64,000 nt of DNA from Truepera sp. Its GTDB lineage: Bacteria; Deinococcota; Deinococci; Deinococcales; Trueperaceae. Under the pieces are notes generated by a model, which was given only the letters and a program-made list of their open reading frames with translations, was not told where the DNA came from and did no database searches. The stretch is taken from positions 1,440,001 through 1,504,000 of the forward strand of contig CBDCKW010000009.1 of assembly GCA_965218435.1 (NCBI GenBank), read 5' to 3'. Both the position numbers and the translations under genes were made by a program. Below, piece after piece: positions 47,430 through 58,076 of this stretch. Within the stretch, counting starts at the first letter, position 1; each line of letters starts with the position of its first letter.

Positions 47430-48407
47430 TCAGGCTGGCACATAACAGCGGAGCAGCACGCCTTTGCCGGAAAGCGTGTAACCGCCTAGCACCGCAGGAA
47501 TGACACACGATCCGCCCTGCGTAAGCGTCACTTCGGTGTCGCCTGCGCGGACAGCAAGCTCACCGGACAAAACGCTGAGCAGGTCGGCGCTTGCCGGGTC
47601 GGTAGAGGTTTGTAAATCGCCGGAAACTTCCCACCGTTCAGCCGCGAAAAACTCTGTTTTAAGCAGTTCAGTTTTACCGTCTCCCAAAGGTTTAGGCGTG
47701 AGCAGCGCATGTTCACCGGGGGTCAGGTCAGCGACCTCGAGCGCCTTATCTAAATGCAACTCCCTGGGTTTGCCCGCGCTGTCTTTACGCCCGTAGTCGT
47801 ACAACCGGTAGGTCAAGTCCGACGCCTGCTGGATTTCAAACAAGAATATCCCCGCGCCGATGGCGTGAACCGTTCCGGCGGGGTTATACACCACGTCTCC
47901 GGCTTTGACCGGTACCTTATTGAGGTAGGACTCGAGCCGCTCCTCACGCGCTGCCGCTTTAACTTCTTCGGGTGTCAAGGTGTCCTTAAAGCCCCAGATG
48001 ATGTACGCGTCCGGGGCCGCTTCTAAAATCAGCCACGCTTCGCTCTTACCGTGATCCGAGCCAGCCTCATGCTCGTGCGCGTAAGCGTCGTCCGGGTGAA
48101 CCTGAATCGAGAGCTTGTCGGCGGCGTCAATAAATTTAGCCAGAAGCGGGAAGGTGTTACCGTACCGCTCAGCGGGCGCGGTACCGATCAGGTCAGCGCC
48201 CAGCTCAGCCGTGAGGTCTGCGAGCGTTTTGCCTTGCAGCGGGCCGTTTAAGACGCGGTTCTCGCTGTAGATGCTCCACGCTTCACCTAAGGGTTCTTCG
48301 CCAGCAGGTTCTGACAGGCTCAAAAATGAGATGAGCCGGTCGCCTCCCCAGAGGCGCGGGCTTAGGTAGCGGTCAAGCTCGAGCGGATACAGGTGGGTAT
48401 TGGTCAT
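47430..48407 (-). CDS. manA: Type I mannose-6-phosphate isomerase
   Basis: LWGG, LSIQVHP, GTVHAIG and EIQQASDLTYRLYDY motifs; start placed at ATG 48407. Confidence 0.9.
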   Translation of the reverse strand: MTNTHLYPLELDRYLSPRLWGGDRLISFLSLSEPAGEEPLGEAWSIYSENRVLNGPLQGKTLADLTAELGADLIGTAPAERYGNTFPLLAKFIDAADKLSIQVHPDDAYAHEHEAGSDHGKSEAWLILEAAPDAYIIWGFKDTLTPEEVKAAAREERLESYLNKVPVKAGDVVYNPAGTVHAIGAGIFLFEIQQASDLTYRLYDYGRKDSAGKPRELHLDKALEVADLTPGEHALLTPKPLGDGKTELLKTEFFAAERWEVSGDLQTSTDPASADLLSVLSGELAVRAGDTEVTLTQGGSCVIPAVLGGYTLSGKGVLLRCYVPA

Positions 48408-48415
48408 GCCCCAGC

Positions 48416-49948
48416 TTAGTACGTTTGCGACCTTTCTTTTTGGTCTTCGGCTAAATACCACGCTGGGCTGCGCGTCAGGGTTGGGGCGCGGGCGACCGTT
48501 CCGGTACGCAGCGAGACGGGGACGGCAACGCCGCCGGAGAGCCGCAGCAAGTACCCTTCAGCGGGTGTTTGTACCGAAGCCGAGGCAGGGAGGACGAATC
48601 CGTAAACGCCGTTCGCATCGGTTGGTGAGGTAGCGACGACCTTTCCGCTACGGAGCAGTTCAACGTTCTCTGGTTTATCCGCCTCGACTCGTCCCAGTAA
48701 TGCGGTGACCGGTGGTGGCCGACCGAACACTGTGGCGGTGCTGACGGTGGCGGTGCTGACGGTGACAGTGCTGAGGAGAGGCCCCAACGCAGCTCTAGCG
48801 GTCTCCGCCGTCTCGAGCCCCGCATCGGTTCCGGCACTCGGCGTGCGGTACGAGTACCCGACCCAACCCGACAGCCCCGGCGTTTTTAGAACGTCCTCCA
48901 CTTGCGCCTGCACCTCGGTGGGTTCGTTTTGGTAGAGCCCCAGCCCGACCGCCGTCACGCCGCCTGAGGTGAGCGTCGGAGCGTAGCGGTTCCAGGCTTG
49001 AAACCATTCTTCCTCCCGAGCATCTCCGAATCGTTTGTAGTTCATCGGGATGTTGAGGTCTAAAAAGCCGTTTTTTAGCCACCCCGCCCAATCTTGCAAC
49101 ACGAGGCGGTAGGCGACGCTGTTAGCAAAGCTCTCCGGCGGCGCACCGTAGGCGACGGTCGCCGACCCGACCCAGAGTGCGGGGTTGGCGCGTTTAAGTT
49201 CTAAGTAGAGGCGGCGCTCGAGCAGACTCAGCTGCCGCCGCCGCCACACCGTCCAAGTGGGGTCGCTCGGATGCGGTAAACCCACCGCGCCGGTTTCTTC
49301 TCTGGTTTCTGCCGCGTAACGCGCCAGACTCACCCCGTTATACCCCCAACTCGGCGCGTCATCCAAATTGAAGTCCGGGTAACGCAACCGGTCGAAGGTC
49401 ACACCGTCGAGGTCGTAGTTTTGTGCGAGGCTGACCACGGCGGCGCTGAGGTAGTCGGCGACCGCCGGGACGCCGGGGTCTAAGTAAACGTCTCTTTCAG
49501 GGCGCGTCACGCCGTCGTAGCGCAGGTTGAGCCAGCTCTCCCCTGCCGGAGCGTTCGGACCATGCAAATTGTAAACGTGTTCAGGACTCGGCGGCGGCGC
49601 GTCAGCGCCCCACAAGGCCAATGTTACAACCCACGCGTGAACCTGGATTCCGGCAGCGTGGGCGCGTTCTAACAGCAGGGCCAGAGGATCGAAACCGGGC
49701 GTCAGCGCAGGATCGTCACTAACCGGCAACTTTGATCGCAAACAGTAACAGTCACCACGCCGCACGACCTGGACGAATAAGGCGTTAAGACCCAGCGCCT
49801 TTGCGTCGGAAACGAGCGTGTCAATCTCTTGGGGTGACTTAAAACCGGGGCCGTAGGCGTCTACCCAGAGGCCGCGAAGCTGACCTGACGCGGTTGCAAA
49901 AACAGGCGAGGCGAACGAGAGGAGTAGGGAGGCCAAGAGGACGCGCAT
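48416..49948 (-). CDS. Secreted GH10-like (DUF187/YddW-type) glycoside hydrolase
   Basis: Signal peptide, LRGLWVD, FDPL...AHAAGIQVHAW and QDW motifs; start placed at ATG 49948. Confidence 0.82.
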   Translation of the reverse strand: MRVLLASLLLSFASPVFATASGQLRGLWVDAYGPGFKSPQEIDTLVSDAKALGLNALFVQVVRRGDCYCLRSKLPVSDDPALTPGFDPLALLLERAHAAGIQVHAWVVTLALWGADAPPPSPEHVYNLHGPNAPAGESWLNLRYDGVTRPERDVYLDPGVPAVADYLSAAVVSLAQNYDLDGVTFDRLRYPDFNLDDAPSWGYNGVSLARYAAETREETGAVGLPHPSDPTWTVWRRRQLSLLERRLYLELKRANPALWVGSATVAYGAPPESFANSVAYRLVLQDWAGWLKNGFLDLNIPMNYKRFGDAREEEWFQAWNRYAPTLTSGGVTAVGLGLYQNEPTEVQAQVEDVLKTPGLSGWVGYSYRTPSAGTDAGLETAETARAALGPLLSTVTVSTATVSTATVFGRPPPVTALLGRVEADKPENVELLRSGKVVATSPTDANGVYGFVLPASASVQTPAEGYLLRLSGGVAVPVSLRTGTVARAPTLTRSPAWYLAEDQKERSQTY

Positions 49949-50011
49949 AGGCAGATTTATGCTAGCACGCACCCTGCGCGGCGCTGCTGCTGTCGTCACG
50001 GTAGGGTGTGA

Positions 50012-50929
50012 GTGATGACGTTCACTGATGAACCGCTAGGGGAGGTTGTAGAGGTCTTGAGAGCAAATTTGGGGCCTCTGCAAATACGCGAACCGCTGAG
50101 TTTTTATGCCCCCAACCCCGACTCGAGCACGGAGCTTTTTGCGGGTGAGCTGTTTGAGCACGGCGGCGTCCGTTACCGCCACCGACCCCTGCGGGTGTGG
50201 CTCGAGCTCGCCGAACAGCTCGGGTGCCGCTTGCACACGCCTGAGCCTAAAGGAGCCTTCATCAAACTTACACTGTCAAAATTGGCAGATACGTCTTGGC
50301 ATCAGGACAAAATAGGCCCTGAAACCTACGGTGAAGCCTCAGACTTTAGCCGCGTACAAAAGCTCGAGGAACCCACCTTTTTATTCGACTACATAAGAGC
50401 TTTAGAACGCGTCGCCCTGACACCGGGAAGCCACGTGCTGAGTTTGGGCGTAGGTCGAGGCGACGAACTCACGCCGTTTGAAACGCTGTTTGGGGGTTAC
50501 GACCTGAGCTTTACCGGAGTTGACCGTTCAGCGAGTGCGCTGAACCTTGCGCGTGAGCGGTTTCCCGGAGAGAATTACACCTTTATTCAGGCCGACTTAA
50601 ACGAGTTGGGGGGACAGGGACTGGGCCGTTTCGATCTCATCATCAGCGTCGCCACCTTTCAAAGTCCCGGTGTAGGGGGGCATACGCTCATCCGCGAAGT
50701 GGTACAAAACTACCTGACAGAGCGCGGAAGCTTGATCTTAGCTCTGCCCAACTGCCGCTACCGAGACGGTGAAGTCAGGTACGGCGCGAAGATGAAGAAC
50801 TTTTCCGAACCCGACCTGTCGCTCGCCATTAAAGACCTCGCGTTTTACCGGAAGTATTTGCAGCAGCACCGTTTTAAGGTTTTTTTGACCGGGAAGTATT
50901 ACCTGTTTTTGACCGCCGTACGCTCCTAA
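50012..50929 (+). CDS. Class I SAM-dependent methyltransferase domain protein
   Basis: VLSLGVGRGDE, GVD and FDLII motifs. Confidence 0.8.
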   Translation: MMTFTDEPLGEVVEVLRANLGPLQIREPLSFYAPNPDSSTELFAGELFEHGGVRYRHRPLRVWLELAEQLGCRLHTPEPKGAFIKLTLSKLADTSWHQDKIGPETYGEASDFSRVQKLEEPTFLFDYIRALERVALTPGSHVLSLGVGRGDELTPFETLFGGYDLSFTGVDRSASALNLARERFPGENYTFIQADLNELGGQGLGRFDLIISVATFQSPGVGGHTLIREVVQNYLTERGSLILALPNCRYRDGEVRYGAKMKNFSEPDLSLAIKDLAFYRKYLQQHRFKVFLTGKYYLFLTAVRS

Positions 50930-51030
50930 CGGATGACTCCTGTGGTCAGCCCTTTGATGATCTGTTTGCTGGCGAAGAAAAGTGCTCAGCATCATTGGTT
51001 GCTAAAATTTGAGTTGCAGCTTAGCAACGC

Positions 51031-52146
51031 TCAGGGATAGAGCCTTACGTGGTTGACCTCGAGCCCCCTCCCCTCAGCCAACCACGCCGCAAACTCTGCC
51101 TCACTCAGCTCACCGTCAACCGTCCGGCGCAGCACATCCGACCCGGCCAAAAGATCGATAAAAGGGCGCTCTTTTCCCAACCAGTTAAATGGAGTTTGCC
51201 GCCGCACCTCACCGAGAAGAATCCTTGCGGCTCGGAGCGGGTCAAAGGGGCCGGTTCGGGAGAGGGTGACGCCGGAGACCTCCACACCTGCATATTTCGA
51301 CAACACAGGCGTAAACCGCGCCGGTTCCGCCCGTAAACCCGCAAGCTCACCTAAGCGTCCGGCTAAGGCTGCCCCGTCCAGCCAAGGCGCACCGAGTTGC
51401 TCGAACGGCGAGTCCGTCCCGCGCCCTTCGCTGAGGGGGGTGCCCTCGAGAAACACCGTCAGCGGGTAGAGCTGAGCACTTTTAAGGTGCGGCAGATTCG
51501 GCGACGGCGTACGCCACGGCAGCCCGGTTACGGGCCAGGGCGACCCGTCATAACCGGTCATGCTGACGACGTGCAGGCTGGCCTCAACACCCAAATCACG
51601 GGCGATAAGCACCGCCAGCTCAGCCAGCGTCAGACCGTGAGCAAACGGGACGTTGTGCGCTGAGACAAACGAGCCGAAACCGCCCGTCACCCCTGCGCCG
51701 TAAACCGCACGCCCGAGCGGGTTAGGCCGGTCGAGCAGTACCAGTAGGACGCCAGCCTCGGCACAGGCCAGCAAGCACGCCTTCAGCGTCGAGAGGTAGG
51801 TGTAGGCCCGGACGCCGACATCTTGCACGTCGAAGACGAGCGCGTCCAGGTCACGTAAATGCTCCGGCCCAGGCGCACGCCGCGACCCGTACAGGCTGAC
51901 GAGCGGAAGCCCACCGTAAACCGTGTCGGCAACGTTCTCCCCCGCCGCCGCTGCGCCGAAGAAGCCGTGCTCGGGACCGAACAACCGAATGATGTTGAGA
52001 CCCAAACGCTGCAACACCTCGAGCGTATGTTCGCCGGTCGGAAGCCTCGAGGCGGCGTGTGCGAGTAGTCCAATCCTAGCGCCCTGCAACGCAACCGGGA
52101 CTTCGGTTTGAAGAACCTCGAGGCCGATTTTCATGCGCTTAGCCAC
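51031..52146 (-). CDS. Exo-beta-N-acetylmuramidase NamZ-like (DUF1343)
   Basis: LFGPEHG, DVQDVGVRAYTY, DRPNP, PSPN and SEGRGT motifs. Confidence 0.9.
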   Translation of the reverse strand: MAKRMKIGLEVLQTEVPVALQGARIGLLAHAASRLPTGEHTLEVLQRLGLNIIRLFGPEHGFFGAAAAGENVADTVYGGLPLVSLYGSRRAPGPEHLRDLDALVFDVQDVGVRAYTYLSTLKACLLACAEAGVLLVLLDRPNPLGRAVYGAGVTGGFGSFVSAHNVPFAHGLTLAELAVLIARDLGVEASLHVVSMTGYDGSPWPVTGLPWRTPSPNLPHLKSAQLYPLTVFLEGTPLSEGRGTDSPFEQLGAPWLDGAALAGRLGELAGLRAEPARFTPVLSKYAGVEVSGVTLSRTGPFDPLRAARILLGEVRRQTPFNWLGKERPFIDLLAGSDVLRRTVDGELSEAEFAAWLAEGRGLEVNHVRLYP

Positions 52147-52155
52147 GCTGAGCCA

Positions 52156-53082
52156 TCACACTACCCGGACGGCTTGGGTCAACAGCTCGCGGAGCCTCTT
52201 ACCGTAGGCGTCCGCCGTAAAACCGTCTACACTCACCGCCATATGCTGCACGTTGGCGTGAACGAAACATTCTTGGTCCAAGGCAATAGCAACGTGACCG
52301 GGGAAAAAGAGCAGGTCGGCGGCCCGCACCTCGTCCGGTAAGATTTCCTGTCCGCACTCGGCTTGCTGGTCGGCGTCTCGCGGTAAGGTAAGACCAAACG
52401 CGCGGTAGACGCTCTGCACGAGCCCCGAGCAGTCGAGCCCCCAGGCGCTCACACCGCCCCACACGTAAGGCGTTTCTAAAAACCGCAGCGTAAACCGGAC
52501 GATAGCTTCCGGGTCGGGCCTTTGCAGCGGCGCACGGGGTTCCAGCTGAAGCGTGTGAACGTAGCCGTCTCCCTCAGCGAGCGCAACCCGTGACCAACCG
52601 TCCGCTTCGTCCAGTACGCAGAGCGGCGCGCCGTAAGCGAGGTCTAAGAGCCGCGACGCTTCGACCTCTGGCCTCGCGTAAACGTGACCCCGCAGCGCGG
52701 TCAACCGGTGCGCCCCTTCCGGCAACGCCCCGAGCGCCGCCGCCGGAACCCACCCCAGATACCTGTCACGCTGCGCCGCCACGCGGACAAAGCCGCCTTG
52801 AGCGTCGTAAACCTTAACGAGTTCACCAAACCCGACTTCGGAAACGGTTTCAGCGCCTGCTGAGGGACGGCTAAAAAGTGGCGTTCGGCCCCACACGACG
52901 TTGCTGACTCGAGCTTGGGGAAACTCAACTTGAAGGGTCAACCCCTGCGCCGCCGCGTACTCGCTTAGAGTGGGCTCGAGCGCCCCGTCCGCTACGCCGC
53001 TGAGCGTCCCCGCCGTCTGCGAGAGGTCGCACAGTGTTACCCGAAGGTCAGCTACAAATTTCGGCAACTTTTCATTGGTCAT
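52156..53082 (-). CDS. NlpC/P60 (C40) peptidase with SH3-like domains
   Basis: PYVWGG, DCSGLV, LPRDADQQ and GHV motifs; start placed at ATG 53082, overlapping the anmK end. Confidence 0.9.
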   Translation of the reverse strand: MTNEKLPKFVADLRVTLCDLSQTAGTLSGVADGALEPTLSEYAAAQGLTLQVEFPQARVSNVVWGRTPLFSRPSAGAETVSEVGFGELVKVYDAQGGFVRVAAQRDRYLGWVPAAALGALPEGAHRLTALRGHVYARPEVEASRLLDLAYGAPLCVLDEADGWSRVALAEGDGYVHTLQLEPRAPLQRPDPEAIVRFTLRFLETPYVWGGVSAWGLDCSGLVQSVYRAFGLTLPRDADQQAECGQEILPDEVRAADLLFFPGHVAIALDQECFVHANVQHMAVSVDGFTADAYGKRLRELLTQAVRVV

Positions 53083-54208
53083 TATTTGCCCTTTGCTCAA
53101 ACCCACCCGTCCGCGTTCCGGCGACGACTGCCCGTCGCGCCCCGGTGACGTTCGGCAAGGTGTTAGGGAGGCCGAGGTGCGCGTAATAGCCGAGCACCGC
53201 AAAACAGAGCGCCTCACGGTCTTTGGGCGTTGCACCCCGGACATGTAGCGGTTCGGCGGGGACGTTCAGCCGCGCCTGCAACTCACGTATCAGCGTGACA
53301 TTATACGCGCCGCCGCCCGCGACGAAAACTTTTTCAACGTCAAAAGGTCGGTAGGCTTGGGCGACGCTCTCCGCTGTAAGCGCGGTTAGGGTAGCGAGCA
53401 CGTCAAAACCGGACAAGCCCGCTAAGATGTCCTGAAACGTTGAGAGCGTAAAGACTTCACGGCCTGTCGTTTTAGGGTAAGGCAGAGAAAAGTAGGGATG
53501 CCCTAACAGCGCTACCAATACCTCTTCAACCACCTGCCCTTGCGCCGCCAACTCGCCCCCTGCATCGTAAGCGCGGCCAAAGTAATGCGCCGCCGCCTCA
53601 TCGAGTAAGCAGTTTCCCGGCCCGGTATCAAAGGCGATGACCTCATCAGGATTACCGCCCGCGGGTAAATAGGTCAGGTTTGAGATACCGCCCAAGTTGT
53701 GGACGCCCGTTGCGTGACCGGGTTCGCGGAAGAGCCCCAAGTCGGCGAAGGCCACCAACGGCGCACCCTGCCCACCCGCCGCCATATCCGACTGCCGAAA
53801 GCCGCTGTAGACGGGCCGCCGCACACGTTCAGTGACCCTCGCCGGTTCGCCGAGTTGCAAGGTACTGACCGTAGACCAGTCTCTCAAAGCGTCCTGACGC
53901 GGGATGTGATAGACCGTCTGGCCGGACACTGCGGCGAGGTCAAAGGGTAAAAGCGTTTCGGCGAGGTCGGCGTAAACCTCACCGAGGTCGGCGTGAAGCT
54001 GGGTTAGGGTCGCAATATCTGACGTTTCAGGCACGAGGGAGCGGAGGAGCCGTTCACGTAGCGGGATAGCGTAAGCGAGGCTGGCGCGGTCTAGCACGGT
54101 CCACTCGAGCCCTACCGCCCCAAGTTCTAAACGCACCTTGAGCGCGTCCACCCCGTCGCACGACGTCCCCGACATCAGGCCCAGCACCGTGCAGGCAGGT
54201 TGGTCCAT
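53072..54208 (-). CDS. anmK: Anhydro-N-acetylmuramic acid kinase
   Basis: GLMSGTSCDG, GGQGAPL, NLGGISN and FDTGPGN motifs. Confidence 0.95.
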   Translation of the reverse strand: MDQPACTVLGLMSGTSCDGVDALKVRLELGAVGLEWTVLDRASLAYAIPLRERLLRSLVPETSDIATLTQLHADLGEVYADLAETLLPFDLAAVSGQTVYHIPRQDALRDWSTVSTLQLGEPARVTERVRRPVYSGFRQSDMAAGGQGAPLVAFADLGLFREPGHATGVHNLGGISNLTYLPAGGNPDEVIAFDTGPGNCLLDEAAAHYFGRAYDAGGELAAQGQVVEEVLVALLGHPYFSLPYPKTTGREVFTLSTFQDILAGLSGFDVLATLTALTAESVAQAYRPFDVEKVFVAGGGAYNVTLIRELQARLNVPAEPLHVRGATPKDREALCFAVLGYYAHLGLPNTLPNVTGARRAVVAGTRTGGFEQRANNDQ

Positions 54209-55905
54209 CAGTCGCCCTTTAGTCCTGCACCGACCCGAAACGGGCTGACCGGCACCGGCAACCGTCCCTCGGGTAAAAACTCGCCTAACAGTAAGTCTCG
54301 AACCGCCCGCAAATTGGCGTCGCGGTAGCCGTACACAGCGGCGTAAGCATCAGGACGTTTTGTGAAAAAGCGCAGGTCGTCCGGCCTGCCGAGTGTGACG
54401 ACGACAAGCGGTGTGCCGGTCGCAGCGAGGTCGGACTCGAGCCCAGCCAACCCCGCCGGAAACGGGCCGAAGCCGTGATAGCTCGCTAACACTACGACGT
54501 CGGCAGATTGGGCTTTGGCGACGGCTTCACTGCGTTCACGCTCCGTCGGCCTTTCGCCGATCACCACACTCCGAACCCCTTGCCGCACCGCTTTGAAGAC
54601 ACTCCCGAGGTGCTGCGCGTCGCCGTAGCCAGCCGGTTGCGGCGCGACGACGAGCACGGTTTGCGAAGGCTTAAGCGGCAACACACCACCGTTCCAAAGG
54701 AGGGTGGCAGCCTGCCGCGCTACCCGGTCGGCGAGAGCTTGGTGCGCCGCGTAGTCCGGGCGCGGCCTACCTTTTACGGCGTAACGCTGCGCCAACCGCG
54801 TGGTGCGCCGGACGGCCTCACGGACTCGAGCCCTGCTTAAGCGCCCGTCCAGCAGTGCGAGTTGCAACTCGCGGTAGACGTCACGTTGGGTGGTTTCGTC
54901 ACCTACTAAAAGCAGCAAATCCGCCCCTGCCCGGACGCTCCGAACCGCCGCCTCGCCGGGGCTGTAGCCCTTCAGCGCCCGCATATTGAGCGCGTCGGTG
55001 ACGACGACGCCCCGAAAGCCCAAGTCGCGCCGTAAGAGTTTGGTCAGGACTGGTTTCGATAGTGTCGCCGGTTTCGTGTCTAACGCCGGATAAACAACGT
55101 GAGCACTCATCACGGCGGGAATCCCAGCTTTTACGGCGGTGCGAAAGGGCGGCAGCTCGAGCCTTTCCAACGCTTCCTTGCTCCGCGTGACGACCGGCAA
55201 AGTCAGGTGTGAATCGGTCTTCGTACCCCCGTGACCGGGGAAGTGTTTGGCGACCGCCGCGACGCCTGCCGCCCCTAACCCCGCAGCAAACGCGGCCCCA
55301 AGCGTTCCGACCGCCGCAGGACTCGAGCCGAACGACCGCACGCCGACGATAGGATTGTCCAGTTCACTGGCCACATCTAACACCGGCGCAAAATCCAAGT
55401 TCAAGCCAGCGTAGGCCAGCTCTTGAGCGAGCGCCCGACCCACCGCCCGCGCGAGGGCCGGGTCGCCCGCCGCGCCGAGCGCCAGGTTGCCGGGAAAAAG
55501 CGTCCCCCCGTCCGGGCGAAAGCTGCTGATGGTGCCGCCCTCTTGGTCAATCCCGAAAAGCAGCGGATAAACCGCTGCCGCCTGAAGCTGCCGGGTCAAC
55601 GTGCGGGTTTGTGTGGAGCTTTCAATGTTACTCGAAAAAAAGACAAAGCCCGCTGGTTTTAGAGTTTTGAGCTGCTCTAAGGGCGGACGCGTTCCGTCAA
55701 ACGACAGCAGGAGAAGCCGCCCGACATCCTGCGCTTGAGCAAAAGGCAGCAAGGCTATATACGCGAGCACATACAAAAACCGCTGCACAACCCGGTTAGG
55801 GTGACGGCTGCTCTTGTTATCGTGCCCCAAGCGCGTGAGAGACGCTAATTTCGTTTTTAGTACCTGCCTTTCTAATGCTTGCTGCTTCATCCTTATTTCT
55901 TTCAT
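54208..55905 (-). CDS. nagZ: GH3 beta-N-acetylglucosaminidase (start may be further downstream)
   Basis: IDQEGG, KHFPGHGxxxxDSH and TDALNM motifs; signal-like segment ending AQA. Confidence 0.9.
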   Translation of the reverse strand: MKEIRMKQQALERQVLKTKLASLTRLGHDNKSSRHPNRVVQRFLYVLAYIALLPFAQAQDVGRLLLLSFDGTRPPLEQLKTLKPAGFVFFSSNIESSTQTRTLTRQLQAAAVYPLLFGIDQEGGTISSFRPDGGTLFPGNLALGAAGDPALARAVGRALAQELAYAGLNLDFAPVLDVASELDNPIVGVRSFGSSPAAVGTLGAAFAAGLGAAGVAAVAKHFPGHGGTKTDSHLTLPVVTRSKEALERLELPPFRTAVKAGIPAVMSAHVVYPALDTKPATLSKPVLTKLLRRDLGFRGVVVTDALNMRALKGYSPGEAAVRSVRAGADLLLLVGDETTQRDVYRELQLALLDGRLSRARVREAVRRTTRLAQRYAVKGRPRPDYAAHQALADRVARQAATLLWNGGVLPLKPSQTVLVVAPQPAGYGDAQHLGSVFKAVRQGVRSVVIGERPTERERSEAVAKAQSADVVVLASYHGFGPFPAGLAGLESDLAATGTPLVVVTLGRPDDLRFFTKRPDAYAAVYGYRDANLRAVRDLLLGEFLPEGRLPVPVSPFRVGAGLKGD

Positions 55906-55950
55906 ACTGTTTACTGCCGACGACCGCTAAGCTTAAAAAGCCAACAGCAC

Positions 55951-56994
55951 TTAGGAGAAAACCGCGTCGTGAAACGCTACGCGCAGCGCGTGAATGCTCT
56001 GACCGTCCGTCCGTGACGGGTGAACGCGGTTCGTGAGCAGCACCGCAAAACGGTTTTCTTGGGGGTCTACCCACAAACTTGTACCGGTAAACCCGGTGTG
56101 ACCATAGGCGCTGGGGCTGGCGTAGTGACCGGCGCTCGAGCCCTCCCCTACGAGTTGCCAACCCCAGCCGCGCCGCCCACTCGCCGTGTTGTTTGGGTCA
56201 AAAGTATGTTCACGCGTCGCCTCACGTAAAAGCTCGGGAGCGGCAAAAGGAGCCGTGAGCCGTAACCACGCCTGCGCGTAGCGGGCCAAGTCAAACGCGG
56301 TTCCGAACAGCCCCGCGTGCCCCGCTACCCCGTCAAAGGCAAAGGCGTTTTCGTCGTGGACTTCACCTTGGAGGAGCCGCCCACGCCAACCGCAATCCTC
56401 AGTAGCGGCGACCGAGGTCCCCGCCGGTACGCCGTACCCTAGCGTGCTTAGCTCGAGGGGCTCAAAAATATAGGTCCGGGTAAACGTATCGAGCCGCAGC
56501 TTGCTCACCCGTTCGGTGATGGCACCGAGCAGCATAAAGCCGAGGTCGCTGTAGACGACCCTGCCTGCCGGCTGCACCAGCGAAGATTGCAACAGGTTAC
56601 CCAGGGCGCTCAGGCGCGTACCGGCCTCGGCGTAAAGCGGTCGCCACGCCGGTAAACCCGACGTGTGCGTTAAGAGGTGCCGGACGGTCACGTCCCCTAA
56701 AGAGAGCGTTTGAAACCAGCCCGCGTTAGAAAAAAACCGCTTTACGGGGTCCTCCAATGACACTTCACCGGCTTGCACGAGCGCCAGCACTGCGGGTAAC
56801 GTCCCGACGACCTTGCTTAATGAGGCGAGGTCAAAGCGCGTCTCACTGGCTACCGGCGGCCCACCGAGACGAGTCACGCCGCAGGCCGTAACCAATGTAA
56901 TTTGGTTTTTATTTCCTGCTACAGCAACTGCGCCCGGCACCTCGCGGCGCGCCACTGCAGCCTCCAACTCTCGCTTCGCTTTTGCCACGTCCAC
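55951..56994 (-). CDS. Serine hydrolase (beta-lactamase class C / AmiE-like)
   Basis: FDLASLSK, LLTHTSG, YSDLG and GHTGFTG motifs. Confidence 0.9.
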   Translation of the reverse strand: MDVAKAKRELEAAVARREVPGAVAVAGNKNQITLVTACGVTRLGGPPVASETRFDLASLSKVVGTLPAVLALVQAGEVSLEDPVKRFFSNAGWFQTLSLGDVTVRHLLTHTSGLPAWRPLYAEAGTRLSALGNLLQSSLVQPAGRVVYSDLGFMLLGAITERVSKLRLDTFTRTYIFEPLELSTLGYGVPAGTSVAATEDCGWRGRLLQGEVHDENAFAFDGVAGHAGLFGTAFDLARYAQAWLRLTAPFAAPELLREATREHTFDPNNTASGRRGWGWQLVGEGSSAGHYASPSAYGHTGFTGTSLWVDPQENRFAVLLTNRVHPSRTDGQSIHALRVAFHDAVFS

Positions 56995-57034
56995 ACCCGA
57001 AACTCTAGCACGTGCAGCCCATCACACTGTACAA

Positions 57035-57073
57035 ACTGGTCTAGTATAGGTATACTCTTGACTATGGACCAAC
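57035..57073. promoter_or_regulatory. Candidate NagR/DasR-like (dre) operator sites in the divergent promoter
   Basis: ACTGGTCTAG... and ...TATGGACCAAC resemble halves of TGGTCTAGACCA; located next to the GntR/HutC gene. Confidence 0.5.
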
Positions 57074-57137
57074 GTGTGTCGGGGAGCGGGTCTTCGCCCA
57101 AGCTGCGGTTCTTCCTACGAACTGCTAGAGGGAGCCG

Positions 57138-57908
57138 ATGCGAGTAGGCGCGGGCGTCACCTCAGGTATTACTTCAGGCATCACCGTTGACAAAGCGCAC
57201 CCGACGCCCGCTTATTTGCAGCTGCAAGACAAACTGCGTAGCGCCATCTTAGAGGGCGACATCGCCCCCGGTGAGGCGCTCCCGTCTGAACGCGACCTCG
57301 CCCACGCTTTAGGACTTTCGCGGATGACGGTGCGGCGCGCCCTCGAGCTGCTCGTCGGGCAAAAACTCGCTGAGCGCAGACAGGGTTCGGGCACGTATGT
57401 ACTCCCGCGGCGGCTCGAGCAGACCGTAGACCGGGTACTCGGGTTTGCAGAGGAGGCTAAAAGTCTGGGCTTCGAGGCCGGTAGCGCCCTGTTAGAAACG
57501 CTTTTACTGCCCGCTGATGCGGGCGTCGCGGCGGCGCTGCAGCTGGCTCCGGAGACACCGGTACGCCGTGTGACGCGGCTCCGCACCGCCGACGGTGCGC
57601 CGCTCGCGTTGCAACTTGCGCACCTGCCGCCCCCTTACGCGGCGCTGCCCGAAGAGACGTTGGCGAGCGGCAGCCTCTACCACGCCCTCGCCGAGCACTT
57701 CGGGCTGATTGCCCGCCGCGCCCGGCAGACCGTCAGCGCCCGCCAAGCGACGCCCCGCGAGCGCGAGCTGCTCGGGCTACCGCGCGGCGTTCCGGTGTTG
57801 GCGTTGGAACGCACCACCTTCGGCGCAGACAACAAACCGTTTGAGTTCGTCCGCAGCGCCTACCGTGGGGACAAATATCAGCTCGGGCTCGAGCTGCGGG
57901 CACCTTAA
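57138..57908 (+). CDS. GntR/HutC (UTRA) transcriptional regulator, NagR-like
   Basis: PSERDL, SRMTVRRAL and GSGTYV motifs plus a UTRA domain. Confidence 0.92.
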   Translation: MRVGAGVTSGITSGITVDKAHPTPAYLQLQDKLRSAILEGDIAPGEALPSERDLAHALGLSRMTVRRALELLVGQKLAERRQGSGTYVLPRRLEQTVDRVLGFAEEAKSLGFEAGSALLETLLLPADAGVAAALQLAPETPVRRVTRLRTADGAPLALQLAHLPPPYAALPEETLASGSLYHALAEHFGLIARRARQTVSARQATPRERELLGLPRGVPVLALERTTFGADNKPFEFVRSAYRGDKYQLGLELRAP

Positions 57909-58076
57909 CGAATAGATGGTCATAAACGGGTGCTCTCATTGGACGCCGACCAACGACCCTGACCCGTAAGTTCAGACGATAAAGGACACTCAAAACCCAA
58001 ACAACTCGCCAACCATACGCCCGGACAAGATAAATCAGCACGCTGAGAACAACCGACCCAGACGCCCAAAACCTGA

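Noticed and set aside
53083..53244. N-terminal extension of the NlpC/P60 ORF
   Set aside because: It overlaps anmK in another frame; the ATG at 53082 near the anmK stop is the more plausible start.
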